Virus record (IMG/VR): IMGVR_UViG_3300042691_038938
Source of the DNA: a virus
Lineage: Duplodnaviria; Caudoviricetes
Length of the DNA: 64,000 nt
Direction: 5' to 3' (one strand)
The notes beneath the pieces were generated by a model. That model saw only the letters and a program-made list of their open reading frames with translations. It was not told the DNA's origin and searched no databases. The stretch's first letter is position 1; each line of letters begins with the position of its first letter. The position numbers were made by a program, and so were the translations under genes. Below are positions 9,844-19,405 of this stretch, one piece after another.

Positions 9844-11562
9844 ATGGCAGGATTTTTAGACACAAATGGAAGAAGAGCAGGAAGCGCACTAGCCGGACTC
9901 AGTAAGTTCGGAACTCGACATGAGGATCTTCTTCTTAGAAACTCACAGGCAATAGGATTCATTGAGAGTCAGCTCCAGGCCAGATCAAACAAGATGAGTG
10001 CAAACGACGAACTCTTAAAGTTTTCAATGGCTATTTCTGATACGACATCTCAGCTTCGAACCAAGGCGATCGCCTTCTTTCAACTGGATTATGTTGTGAA
10101 GAGGGAACGACTTAGAGACGTCGCAGCAAACGGCGAGATCGAATTCATTCTTGAGACTATTGTGGATGACATGATCGTGTACGATGATGAGGGCCGATTC
10201 ATATATCCTAAGGACTTGACAGGCAAGATGCTTTATCGAGGAAACACTAAGGAAGAACGTTTAAACTTTCAGGAAGGAGTACTTAATAAGTATAGAGACA
10301 ATTTTGAGAAGATCTCAACTGCTTGGGGATTTAGTGAAGGAATATCTGCATGGCAGTATGCCTTTCAATTCCTAGTCGAAGGACACCTTTCTTTTGAGAT
10401 CATCTACGACGATTTAGACAAACCTAAAGAAGTCATAGGATTCAAAGAATTGGATCCTGCCAGCATTGCTCCACAGTTACAGAAGGATACTAATGGTAAA
10501 GTATTTCTTCAGTGGTTACAATACGACCCAGCTTCAGGTTCTACTCGAGTCCTAAACGATTCACAGGTGATCTATATCTCTTATGCAAACCACTTTAGGA
10601 CCAAGAGAGTCTCCTTTGTTGAGCGACTGATCAGATCATTCAATCTATTAAGAATCATCGAGCACAGTAAAGTTATTTGGCACGTGATGAATGCGCCGAT
10701 TCGCTTGACAACATCAGTTCCTATCGGAAGTAAGAGCTTTCAAAAGGGCCAAGAAGACGTTCGCGAGTTCCTAAACATGTTTAAGGAAGACATTTACTTT
10801 AATGGTGACACTGGAGAGCTTCAAGTTGACGGTAAACCTAATATTCTATTCTATAAGAACTACATCACACCAGTCAACGATCAGCAGCAACAGGTAAAGA
10901 TCGATGTTCTTCAGACTCCTGGACCAAACCTTTCCGGTTCAGAACTTCTTAATTACTTTTATAAGAAATTAAAGATGGACTCCAAGATACCTTACTCTCG
11001 TTGGGAAGGTCAGTCAGGTATGGGTGCATTTACTCTTAATGCTGAGGGTATTACTAGGGAGGAAGTTAGATATCAAAAATTCGTGAATCGATTAAGATCA
11101 GCTTTCTCTGAGCTCATGATCAAGCCATGGTACTTACAGATGTGTTTAGATTTTCCTGAGCTAGCGGATGACTATAAGTTCAACAATGCGATAGGCATAA
11201 CCTACAATAACGATAACGTCTTTGAAGAGATGAAGAAGAACGATATTGAGGCTAAGCGAATCGCATCGTTTACATCTAAGAAAGGAATCTTGAAGGACGA
11301 CGGTACGCCATTCTTCTCCACTCAATACTTGATTAGAGAAGAATTAAAGATGACTGAACCTGAGATTGAAGCTAATCAAAAATGGTTTGACCAAGAGATT
11401 AAGGAAGAGGCTGAAGCAGCAGCAGCCGCTCCACCTGCAGGAGGAGCTCCTCCACCAGCCGGAGGAGGAGGTGCAGCAGCCGCAGCAGGCGGAGCCGCTG
11501 CTGAAGGCGGAGGTTCTGAAGTAGTTGAGGGAGGCGAATCAAAAGGAGCAGGCCAACTTTAA
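9844..11562 (+). CDS. Portal vertex protein (T4 gp20-like)
   Basis: FLVEGHLSFE, YFYKKLKMDSKIPYSR, ITREEVRYQKFVNRLR; Ala/Gly/Pro tail. Confidence 0.9.
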   Translation: MAGFLDTNGRRAGSALAGLSKFGTRHEDLLLRNSQAIGFIESQLQARSNKMSANDELLKFSMAISDTTSQLRTKAIAFFQLDYVVKRERLRDVAANGEIEFILETIVDDMIVYDDEGRFIYPKDLTGKMLYRGNTKEERLNFQEGVLNKYRDNFEKISTAWGFSEGISAWQYAFQFLVEGHLSFEIIYDDLDKPKEVIGFKELDPASIAPQLQKDTNGKVFLQWLQYDPASGSTRVLNDSQVIYISYANHFRTKRVSFVERLIRSFNLLRIIEHSKVIWHVMNAPIRLTTSVPIGSKSFQKGQEDVREFLNMFKEDIYFNGDTGELQVDGKPNILFYKNYITPVNDQQQQVKIDVLQTPGPNLSGSELLNYFYKKLKMDSKIPYSRWEGQSGMGAFTLNAEGITREEVRYQKFVNRLRSAFSELMIKPWYLQMCLDFPELADDYKFNNAIGITYNNDNVFEEMKKNDIEAKRIASFTSKKGILKDDGTPFFSTQYLIREELKMTEPEIEANQKWFDQEIKEEAEAAAAAPPAGGAPPPAGGGGAAAAAGGAAAEGGGSEVVEGGESKGAGQL

Positions 11563-11610
11563 TAGTATCCAATAAAATAGTATAATAACTTAGAACAAAA
11601 AATCTAAGTT

Positions 11611-11997
11611 ATGAAAGAACAAGTCACAGTACTAGTAAACTCTCTGCTTGATCTACCTAAGGAGATCATGACCCTTCAACTTTCAGCTTTGTCGCTGAAT
11701 GAGAACATTCAAAAGCTATCTGAAGATATTACCGTTCGTGAGAATGAGATCAAGTCTGAGATCAATGCCGCAACCGATGACTCAGGTAAGAAGATGTATT
11801 CTAATGAAGAGTCTAGAAAGATCGCTTTCTTGAATGATTCCAAGAGTGATTCTACTCTGGCTTCTCTTTATTCTTCTAAGAAAGAATCAGATTCTTCTTT
11901 ACAGTCAATAAGAGTTGAGATTGAGATGAAGTCTAACGTCCAACGAAACATACGATCCATTCTAGGAGTCATGTCAGGCATTTCAATTGAGGGTTAG
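11611..11997 (+). CDS. Coiled-coil hypothetical protein
   Basis: 128-aa helical ORF, TATAAT at 11581. Confidence 0.7.
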   Translation: MKEQVTVLVNSLLDLPKEIMTLQLSALSLNENIQKLSEDITVRENEIKSEINAATDDSGKKMYSNEESRKIAFLNDSKSDSTLASLYSSKKESDSSLQSIRVEIEMKSNVQRNIRSILGVMSGISIEG

Positions 11998-12371
11998 TCG
12001 TAAAATATCGCGATAGAATTCTTGACTTCAGGGACGTCTATTAATAAAACAAGGATGTCTCTATTGGAAGTCTGATCAGCATAGATCGAGGGTTTCACCT
12101 CGATCTTTCTTTTTCTAGTCTCTCCAACATATCTATTGATCTGATCAGCTGCCTCTCTTGCCACGGCAAACGGATCGATTGAAAACTCAAAGAGATAATT
12201 GTTAAGGCTTACTCCAAAGTCAGGATCGCCAAGCACTTCTCCCTTGTTTGTGAATAGAGTCATTCGTATTCCTTGAATAGTTGCTTCAAGGTCGTCTGCG
12301 ATTTCCACCTGATTAGCCCGATATTTGGGATCATCCGGTGTTCTCATGTAAAAGTCTCTTAAGCTCGCCAT
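11994..12371 (-). CDS. Baseplate wedge subunit (gp25-like)
   Basis: LFTNKGEVLGDPDFG signature. Confidence 0.8.
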   Translation of the reverse strand: MASLRDFYMRTPDDPKYRANQVEIADDLEATIQGIRMTLFTNKGEVLGDPDFGVSLNNYLFEFSIDPFAVAREAADQINRYVGETRKRKIEVKPSIYADQTSNRDILVLLIDVPEVKNSIAIFYD

Positions 12372-12372
12372 C

Positions 12373-13107
12373 TTACTGTCTTGTTAAATACATCCAGTCG
12401 GCAGTGTTTTCACCCTTCATCATGGTGTTGACTGCTTCCATTTCTTTTTCTGCGGTTGTGACTATATTCTGATAATTCACAGTCACTCCTCCAGGAAGAG
12501 TATAATTAAAGGTCTGAAGCATGTGAGCAAGCCTCACTTTTGCGTGTGCTCTAACGTATCGTTGGAACATCTCATCCTCAAAAAGCTTGTCCTGTTCAAG
12601 TTTCTTGAAAACTCGAAGAACTGCATTTGTTTTAGGAGTTCTTCCGATCACTCCCAATAGTTTAGTGTTCTTGTTATAATCGTATGCAATCGTGTCTAGC
12701 ATCATAGCTTTAGTCAAGTCTAGGAAAGAGAACATTACCGTTCTGTACATGATGCTCTCTCCAATAAAAGGAGTCAAGAATATCTCAGAACCTATGAATT
12801 TCTGTTCAGCAAAGTCACGGTCGATCGTTGCAAAGATAGATCCTCCTTTTGCTTCCTTAAAGTCAACTACGAACTGTACACAGTCAGGAAGTTGAATCTG
12901 TCGTAGCTTCTTAAAGGTCGCATTATTAAAGAGGTCAAGAGGTAACATTAAGTATCTGCTCTCAACTGCATGTCTCCAGTTATCCCAAAAGAATCTAGAA
13001 TCATTTAGAATGATACGTTTAATCTCCTTTTCAGGAAGACCGTATGGTAATGCTCCTGAGAAAGTGATCTCATCATTTATGTCCTGTATGAGCTGGGCTT
13101 CCGTCAT
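12373..13107 (-). CDS. Neck protein (T4 gp13-like)
   Basis: YVRAHAK...LPGGVTVN...AEKEME C-terminal gp13 signature. Confidence 0.7.
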   Translation of the reverse strand: MTEAQLIQDINDEITFSGALPYGLPEKEIKRIILNDSRFFWDNWRHAVESRYLMLPLDLFNNATFKKLRQIQLPDCVQFVVDFKEAKGGSIFATIDRDFAEQKFIGSEIFLTPFIGESIMYRTVMFSFLDLTKAMMLDTIAYDYNKNTKLLGVIGRTPKTNAVLRVFKKLEQDKLFEDEMFQRYVRAHAKVRLAHMLQTFNYTLPGGVTVNYQNIVTTAEKEMEAVNTMMKGENTADWMYLTRQ

Positions 13108-13112
13108 TCTTA

Positions 13113-13556
13113 TTATTGATTTTTACCTGTTCCGCTTCCCTTCTCGTCGCTAAATCTAACGCTAGACTTATCGATTGAGAGGTTGAAGTCTTTGTCTCCC
13201 ATTGAGCGACCTAACGCTCTTAGGTTTTTCTTAGCGACGACATTATCCTGCTTAGCTGCACGACCAGTAGAATTCCTCATCACTTGATCTATGGCCTGTT
13301 GCTTGATATTTTTCTTCCAATCGCTATGAAAGATCATGTTCATCGCTCTAGTGATATCGACTTCCTGTATGTCGCCGTTATATCGATTTGGATTTCTTGC
13401 AGCCTTTTCATTCGCGAGCTCTCTGGCTATAGCCATAATCTGAGAATAAAGTCCAGCCAACGCGCCTTGTACCATGCCCTTAAAATTAGTAGGGTACACC
13501 ACCTCCTTAGTAGCTTCATTGATGAATTGATTATATGACTTTATCTTTCTCTCCAT
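13113..13556 (-). CDS. Hypothetical protein with CTS-like N-terminus
   Basis: MERKIKSYNQFINE. Confidence 0.75.
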   Translation of the reverse strand: MERKIKSYNQFINEATKEVVYPTNFKGMVQGALAGLYSQIMAIARELANEKAARNPNRYNGDIQEVDITRAMNMIFHSDWKKNIKQQAIDQVMRNSTGRAAKQDNVVAKKNLRALGRSMGDKDFNLSIDKSSVRFSDEKGSGTGKNQ

Positions 13557-13870
13557 TATGCGGTCGGCGTAGCAGGTTGAGGAACTGCTTCTGCTGCTTT
13601 TTGTGCGGCTGCTTGAGCAGCTTGAGTTGCAGCTTGCTTCTTCTTTTGTTCTTCAGCTAATACTTTTTTGCGATTCTCAATATCCCTTTCCCAAGTGTTT
13701 ATTTGGTTCTTATACTGCTGAATCTTTGTGCTAAGGTCAATCAACGTAGGGTCAGTAAGAGCAGCGTCTTCCTCCTTTACCATTTGAGGATTCGCACCAG
13801 CTTCTACTTCCTTAGCTGCCTTGTCTGCCGCGTTTTGAAAACTCTTAAAGCTCTTTATGTATGATGACAT
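13556..13870 (-). CDS. Ala/Gln-rich coiled-coil protein with CTS-like N-terminus
   Basis: MSSYIKSFKSFQN. Confidence 0.75.
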   Translation of the reverse strand: MSSYIKSFKSFQNAADKAAKEVEAGANPQMVKEEDAALTDPTLIDLSTKIQQYKNQINTWERDIENRKKVLAEEQKKKQAATQAAQAAAQKAAEAVPQPATPTA

Positions 13871-13885
13871 CGGTATGCTTTATTT

Positions 13886-14155
13886 TTATTTATTCTGGTG
13901 TCTTCTGGTCGCATCAATAAATTCTTTATATGACATGACCTTATTCTTTGAAGATCCCTTTGGGTTTGCTCCAAACGCACTAGTTAATCTTCCTCCAGAT
14001 AAGAATGGAGAGTTGTTCCAGTGTGCTGGTACCTTGCCCGACGCTCCTTGATAAAACATCAATGAGTTTGCTCGCTGAATGTCTGGTCTTGTGATTAGAT
14101 CCAATGGATCCGTTTCCATGGTGTTTGCACCAAATCCTTCAGTGAGTCTCTTCAT
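13886..14155 (-). CDS. Hypothetical protein with CTS-like motif at C-terminus
   Basis: MKRLTE start; KVMSYKEFID near the end. Confidence 0.7.
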   Translation of the reverse strand: MKRLTEGFGANTMETDPLDLITRPDIQRANSLMFYQGASGKVPAHWNNSPFLSGGRLTSAFGANPKGSSKNKVMSYKEFIDATRRHQNK

Positions 14156-14158
14156 GTT

Positions 14159-14614
14159 TTATGCTGGAAAGTTAAGATCACTTGCAGGCTGGTCTAGAGA
14201 AAAATCAGCAGGTTGCGGTTCTACTTGCTTAGAGAAAGTAATATCCGTGTTATCGTCGATTGTAGGCTCCTCTGCACCAGTAGTCATGGCCAAGATCTCT
14301 TCCTTGTTCTCCTCTACGAATTTCTCAAGTCCCATGCAAACTAATGGATCGATCTTTTTACATCTTTCCATAAGCTCCTTAACTGTAAGATTCATCACAT
14401 CAGCCTCAGGCAAAGCCGGCTGAGAATCAGAAAAATTTGGCATCTCTTCCATTGAAGTAGCAGCAGGCTGTGGAACTTCCATTGGTATGTCCATTCCGCT
14501 TTGTGGTTGGATTGGAGCAGGCGCTGGCATTCCTTGTGCAGGCTGCATTTGCTGTGTTGGCATTTGCTGAACGTCATCTGCCTCGTAAAGTCTTTTTATT
14601 GAATTGTACCTCAT
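14159..14614 (-). CDS. Pro/Gln-rich hypothetical protein
   Basis: MRYNSIKRLYE start; low-complexity QP segment. Confidence 0.75.
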   Translation of the reverse strand: MRYNSIKRLYEADDVQQMPTQQMQPAQGMPAPAPIQPQSGMDIPMEVPQPAATSMEEMPNFSDSQPALPEADVMNLTVKELMERCKKIDPLVCMGLEKFVEENKEEILAMTTGAEEPTIDDNTDITFSKQVEPQPADFSLDQPASDLNFPA

Positions 14615-14685
14615 GATGTAACAAACATTATTTTATATCTTTATTTATTCAAAAACCAGTAGATTGTTTTGAGATATAATCAATC

Positions 14686-14925
14686 ATGAAGGAAAAAGAG
14701 ATAGCAGCAGCGTCTGCTGCACTTATAGAAGAATTAAAAGGACAAATATTGAAGAAGATCGAGTTAGTTAGATCTAATATAGTCGAAGGCCAAGGCTCCA
14801 ATAGTGAATCATACATTCAGATGTTAATGATGATCGATGAGGATCTTGATGACGTTCTCTTGAATTGGGAATACGATTCGATCAGTGCAAGGAGAATCGG
14901 ATCATTTTTTGATGAAGAAGACTAA
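14686..14925 (+). CDS. Hypothetical protein
   Basis: 79 aa, TATAAT just upstream. Confidence 0.7.
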   Translation: MKEKEIAAASAALIEELKGQILKKIELVRSNIVEGQGSNSESYIQMLMMIDEDLDDVLLNWEYDSISARRIGSFFDEED

Positions 14926-14934
14926 CAGCAAAGT

Positions 14935-15408
14935 TTATCTTTTCCCATTCAAGTCAACCATGTACTTACCCTTAGTGATTGCATTCTTACCTATGATACA
15001 TGGAAATTTCATATTGCCTCTATCCGTAAGAGACACCTGAACCCTAATCTCGTCATTCCCTATCTTAAGCATAGTCCTAATTCGGTAGCGGTCCTCAGAC
15101 TTGCCTGAAGAATTCTTGACCTTTACTTTATCAAATTTTGAGAATTCTAGACGATTAGATGGAGATTTTATCCAAAATGAAAGAACCCCATTTTTAACTT
15201 TAATGTCGTTTGCGTCGATTGAAGTTCCATCTGCTCCAGTATCAATCTTAGCTTTAATGCTAGACACTTTAAGCTCAGGAAAAGATACTTTTTCAGTGGA
15301 CCCTAATGATCTTCGAGGATTTGAACCATAGTAATCCCAAGCTCCTGGGTTCTGATGGATCTCTGATGAAGTTATGAACTCCTTAAAACTCTCTACTAGC
15401 CTTTTCAT
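14935..15408 (-). CDS. Retropepsin-like aspartic protease (RimK-associated family) with CTS-like N-terminus
   Basis: AKIDTGADGTS, LTDRGNMKFPCIIG; MKRLVESFKEFI. Confidence 0.8.
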   Translation of the reverse strand: MKRLVESFKEFITSSEIHQNPGAWDYYGSNPRRSLGSTEKVSFPELKVSSIKAKIDTGADGTSIDANDIKVKNGVLSFWIKSPSNRLEFSKFDKVKVKNSSGKSEDRYRIRTMLKIGNDEIRVQVSLTDRGNMKFPCIIGKNAITKGKYMVDLNGKR

Positions 15409-16016
15409 TTGCCTAGGTGATTCATTAAAGCTCCGCCTATGATGTTTGCATGAATCCTAAGATGAGCACAATCCTCTGAATCAAGCTTAGTCTTCTTTCT
15501 AGTATAATCTATTCCCATTATTCCTATGAACTTATCATCAATGTTCTTGATAGAGAATAGGTACCCTGACCTACAACCAGATTCTTCAGCAACATACTTT
15601 AGTCCATAAGTAGCAATACTTTCATCTTTGAAATCAGGTATCTCAATCGCATCCCTATCTAATAACTGATTTATTGACCGACTAAATAGGTTTACTGGTA
15701 TGTTTTGAAAGCTAGTTTGAATAGAATTTGCACCGCTTCCAACAGTCTCATATAGCATGCTAAACTTAGCAATAGACTTTCCAGTGGGATAGAAATGTCC
15801 TCCATTATGAAACTGGATGATCCACACACGGTCAGCTTTAAAATCTTCCCGGATTGCCTCTATCTTATTCGTTATCTGTTCGCCGACTTTTAGTGCATCA
15901 AGCACAATATCTGGTTTCGGCTTAGAATTGTCCAGTTTATTCTTTATGTAGATGACAAGAACTGGTCCTATCACACCTGTTATGAATGCTATTATTATAG
16001 GTATCATCTCCTTCAC
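15405..16016 (-). CDS. Single-TM protein with GAF-like domain (possible T4 holin T-like)
   Basis: N-terminal TM IPIIIAFITGVIGPVLVIYI; ADRVWIIQFHNG...FIGIMGIDY GAF-like pattern. Confidence 0.45.
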   Translation of the reverse strand: MKEMIPIIIAFITGVIGPVLVIYIKNKLDNSKPKPDIVLDALKVGEQITNKIEAIREDFKADRVWIIQFHNGGHFYPTGKSIAKFSMLYETVGSGANSIQTSFQNIPVNLFSRSINQLLDRDAIEIPDFKDESIATYGLKYVAEESGCRSGYLFSIKNIDDKFIGIMGIDYTRKKTKLDSEDCAHLRIHANIIGGALMNHLGK

Positions 16017-16030
16017 TAAGTACTCTTTAA

Positions 16031-16696
16031 TTACATGTTACAGCCACAACTATAACCGTACTCGTCTCCCATTGCTCCGCAATTAGAGCAGAATTGCTCT
16101 TCTTCTTCAGAATAATAGTCCTCTTCTGGATACATTCCATATTCATCCTCATCCTCTGGATACATTCCATATTCATCCTCATCTGGGTTTGCGCCATACC
16201 CGAAATAGTCATCAGGATTAGCTCCATAGTCTTCACCACTATCTTCGTCTTCTCCATAATAACCATCATATGATTCATTAAGGAATCTAGAAAAACTCTT
16301 TACTAGTCTAAAGCTTTCTTCGACTTTTTCTTCTTCAGTCTCGTCTTCTTCAGTCTCGTCTCCTTCAGGATTTCCAGAGTCATCATCATCCTCTTCAACT
16401 TCTTCAGCGTCATCTTCAAAGTCGTCTTCTTCCTCTTCTTCTGGAGGATTCATTCCTGGTCTTTCTCCTTGAGAGAATGCAGGAACGCTTCCTTCTCCTG
16501 GACCAGCCGGTGTTGCTTCATAATTACCAGAAACAGGTCGTTTTGGCCCTAATTCAGGTTGATCGTATGTTGTATCATCAAATCCCTCTTCAAAGTTTGA
16601 GGAAGCACTTGTCATGTTATCCACTCCCAATGGATCGCTATTTCCTGTTGAATATTTGTCAGAAAATTCGAAAAAGTTTAAAACTCTACCCGACAT
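16031..16696 (-). CDS. Highly acidic protein with internal CTS-like motif and Cys-rich end
   Basis: MSGRVLNFFEF; internal RLVKSFSRFLNE; CSNCG...SCGCNM. Confidence 0.75.
   Translation of the reverse strand: MSGRVLNFFEFSDKYSTGNSDPLGVDNMTSASSNFEEGFDDTTYDQPELGPKRPVSGNYEATPAGPGEGSVPAFSQGERPGMNPPEEEEEDDFEDDAEEVEEDDDDSGNPEGDETEEDETEEEKVEESFRLVKSFSRFLNESYDGYYGEDEDSGEDYGANPDDYFGYGANPDEDEYGMYPEDEDEYGMYPEEDYYSEEEEQFCSNCGAMGDEYGYSCGCNM
16125..16183. repeat. 30-bp coding tandem repeat (2 copies)
   Basis: TCTGGATACATTCCATATTCATCCTCATC(C) twice, encoding DEDEYGMYPE. Confidence 0.85.
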
Positions 16697-16715
16697 TGTG
16701 TATAATTATTTTAGT

Positions 16716-16723
16716 TATTTATC
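16716..16723 (-). promoter_or_regulatory. Late-type promoter box GATAAATA
   Basis: 19 nt upstream of ATG 16696. Confidence 0.6.
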
Positions 16724-16758
16724 TCTAACTTTTAGAGACTTTAAAAAAATCAAGTTAA

Positions 16759-16965
16759 ATGAGTGAATGGAGAGTACGAGATGATCACCGAGCCAATGAG
16801 CTTAGTGTGATGCCAGGAGGAAGCGACGTAAAAGCGCTTTACACAGATGGCAAAATATTAATTTACGACAAAATAAAGAACGTCAAGAAGTATTGCTCCG
16901 TTCTTATTTCTAGACCCGAAGTCATTGAGATCTGGGTCGATGAGAAACCTTATTGGAAACGCTAA
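16759..16965 (+). CDS. Hypothetical protein
   Basis: First of a tightly packed + strand run. Confidence 0.7.
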   Translation: MSEWRVRDDHRANELSVMPGGSDVKALYTDGKILIYDKIKNVKKYCSVLISRPEVIEIWVDEKPYWKR

Positions 16966-16975
16966 ACAATCATAT

Positions 16976-17389
16976 ATGGAAAATGAAATGGAACAGATGC
17001 TTGACTCCTACTATGAGGATTCAGTCGAGCTTAGGGACAACAAGTTCTTAATTTTTAAGAGAGTCAATGACTATCGTCAGAGCGATCGAATGGCTGCAAT
17101 GGTCTACCTTGAGGATCGTACTCTTGGAACCATGATTGAGCTAGGAACTTACTTTGACGCTTCGTGGAGGTTTCTAACTCCGATGACTGAGAAACTGTTT
17201 TGGTCAAACGTTAAGTCCTATCAGGATGAAACTAAGGATGTCTTCAACAGGATTAGGTGTCGCATTCCAGATTCTAGAGACCTGTTTATGTATCGTTTGC
17301 ATTTTTCCAAATTTAGGACCAGCACAGCAGAAACGATAGACCGACTTAAAAAAATATTTCACGGTGAAGTACAAGACAATAACAATTAG
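16976..17389 (+). CDS. Hypothetical protein
   Basis: Start moved to MENEMEQ after previous stop. Confidence 0.65.
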   Translation: MENEMEQMLDSYYEDSVELRDNKFLIFKRVNDYRQSDRMAAMVYLEDRTLGTMIELGTYFDASWRFLTPMTEKLFWSNVKSYQDETKDVFNRIRCRIPDSRDLFMYRLHFSKFRTSTAETIDRLKKIFHGEVQDNNN

Positions 17390-17555
17390 AGTTGAACTCT
17401 CAGGAGAGAAAGAAGCTCTTCTAAAGACTGTGACAGACATTGAACTAAAGGTCTCAAAGAAAATAAATCGCGTGATCTGGTGGAGGCGACTCTTTGGAAA
17501 GAAGAGTACCATCAATCTGGACAGGGTTAACATAACACAATTTCCAAACAATTAA
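17364..17555 (+). CDS. Hypothetical protein
   Basis: Fits the operon packing. Confidence 0.55.
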   Translation: MKYKTITIRVELSGEKEALLKTVTDIELKVSKKINRVIWWRRLFGKKSTINLDRVNITQFPNN

Positions 17556-17557
17556 TT

Positions 17558-17836
17558 ATGGCAAGATTATATAAGACAGTTGAAGTAGACGCCGAGGTAG
17601 AGATAAAGTTCAACGACGTAATCGAATACATTGAAGATTACGCGACGAGGGCCGAGATCGCAGAGATCCTAGAGACGATACGTGACGAGAAAGTAGACAA
17701 TTTTCTTGAAGCAAATAAGCTAGATGGAGACTACCTCAAAGAAGAAAAGACTATTCTGCTTTCAAGAGCGGCAAAGAAGTTCACACTACAGGAACTTGAA
17801 GAAAAGCTTGGAGGAAATAAATTTGATTTTATTTAG
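17558..17836 (+). CDS. Hypothetical protein
   Basis: 2 nt after previous stop. Confidence 0.7.
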   Translation: MARLYKTVEVDAEVEIKFNDVIEYIEDYATRAEIAEILETIRDEKVDNFLEANKLDGDYLKEEKTILLSRAAKKFTLQELEEKLGGNKFDFI

Positions 17837-17948
17837 GTCCTTTTTTACGAGACCTAACTATTAAACAGACGATTATCGCAATTAGAATTACTGATAGTCC
17901 GCTTAAGTGGACTATCGATTCTATTTCTTGAGATACCATTTATTAGTG

Positions 17949-18458
17949 CTATTTAAGATTATACTTCTTAGCGAGCATCATCGCTCTTTTCTTATCCATT
18001 CCACCGGCCTTATATTGAGCAAGCTTAGCGTCTGCATAGTCGTTATCCCCGTCTCCGTCCTGGTCTTCTTGCTTCTTCTTTTTAGCGGCAGCTTTCATCT
18101 TTTCTTTCTTCTTTGCTTCATTCACAGTAAAACTCTCAAAGCTCTTAGCTAACTTACTAAATGGGTTGTCCTGCATCATGAGCCCAGCAAGAGGATTTTC
18201 TCCGCCTTGATGTTGAGTACTCATTAGGAAGTTTGCAACCTCTTGGATATCGTCTAGTGAGGAAGCAATGTGATCAACCGCCCAACCATGACCGTCACTT
18301 AGGATTGAATCAACCATTTGAGGATCCATTTCTAGCATCGCATCAATGTGTCTCTTTATGGTCTTTAGGTTTCCGAAGAACATGTAGTTATCAGGTTCCT
18401 GCATACAACCACCGTCCATTCCTCCACAACCGCATCCACATTCGTAAAGTCTTCTCAT
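17949..18458 (-). CDS. Protein with Cys/Gly N-terminus, internal CTS-like motif and DxDGDG loop
   Basis: MRRLYECGCGCGG; KLAKSFESFTVNE; DQDGDGDNDYAD. Confidence 0.75.
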   Translation of the reverse strand: MRRLYECGCGCGGMDGGCMQEPDNYMFFGNLKTIKRHIDAMLEMDPQMVDSILSDGHGWAVDHIASSLDDIQEVANFLMSTQHQGGENPLAGLMMQDNPFSKLAKSFESFTVNEAKKKEKMKAAAKKKKQEDQDGDGDNDYADAKLAQYKAGGMDKKRAMMLAKKYNLK

Positions 18459-18467
18459 CTCTTTTAA

Positions 18468-19379
18468 TTATTTTCCTTTAGAAGCCTTGATCAAGTTCTT
18501 AGCTAGAGTATTTCTCTTATGGGTCTTAGCATCCTTCTTGTCAAGCTGAAGTCCAGGTTTCTTTTTATCTTTGTCCTTCTTCTTAAGTTTTGCCTCGCTC
18601 TTATCGATGTCAGATATATTCATCTTCTCACCTTTTTTCATTCCCATTTCCTTGCGAAGAGCTCCCTTCTTCATGTCTCCAACAACTCCTCCGATCCATT
18701 TGTCTTTCTTAGCTTCATTTACGAATTGTGAGAAGCTCATGATTCCCCTAGACTCCTGTACTCCAGGTTGAGTTGCAGTATCCAATTCGCCTTCAACTGG
18801 GGCAGCAGGTACAGTTCCTGAAGTAACTTGACTATCACTAGGCGCGACTCCAGTAGTGCCGACTGGCTGAGCATCAAGGGATTGATCTAGGTTAAATCGT
18901 ACTGCTACTGGAATAGACGTGTCTCCAGTAACGAATTCAGACTGGTATGTTCCTCCGACCATTCCATCCTTCATGTCTTTAAACTGTTCATCACTAATCA
19001 CAAAAGAGATCGCATCAGGATCGTCTTGCGAACCAGTGGTCTGTTTTCCAGCTATACTTATCTTCATTGATACAGTAACGACATCTAATGAAGTTTGCTT
19101 ATTCATGAACTTAGCATCAGGCTTGAGTAGAGTACCGTCTTTTTCTAACTGTTCAACTTCCGCCTTTGTGAAGAGAGAGTCAAGTATATGAGTCTTCGCA
19201 AGCTCTTCAAAGTTTAAGACCGCAGGTTCATCAGTAGATGAAACGTTCGCTTTTATTTGAGTCGAATCGCTAGGCACGCTCGCTTCTGGAGCGGCCGGTG
19301 TTCCCATTTCTTCTGGGCTTAGAGGCTCTCCCGCTTGTTCAGCTTCGAATATCTTTGCAAAATTAAAGTACTTATGCAT
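18468..19379 (-). CDS. Acidic domain plus Lys-rich C-terminal domain separated by a CTS-like motif
   Basis: MHKYFNFAKIFEAE; GIMSFSQFVNE before the basic tail. Confidence 0.75.
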   Translation of the reverse strand: MHKYFNFAKIFEAEQAGEPLSPEEMGTPAAPEASVPSDSTQIKANVSSTDEPAVLNFEELAKTHILDSLFTKAEVEQLEKDGTLLKPDAKFMNKQTSLDVVTVSMKISIAGKQTTGSQDDPDAISFVISDEQFKDMKDGMVGGTYQSEFVTGDTSIPVAVRFNLDQSLDAQPVGTTGVAPSDSQVTSGTVPAAPVEGELDTATQPGVQESRGIMSFSQFVNEAKKDKWIGGVVGDMKKGALRKEMGMKKGEKMNISDIDKSEAKLKKKDKDKKKPGLQLDKKDAKTHKRNTLAKNLIKASKGK

Positions 19380-19397
19380 TAGTATTTCCTTTTTTGT

Positions 19398-19405
19398 TAT
19401 TTATC
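19398..19405 (-). promoter_or_regulatory. Late-type promoter box GATAAATA
   Basis: 18 nt upstream of ATG 19379. Confidence 0.6.

Noticed and set aside
11404-11540. Ala/Gly/Pro run at the end of the portal as a repeat element
   Set aside because: Ordinary low-complexity disordered tail with no exact DNA periodicity
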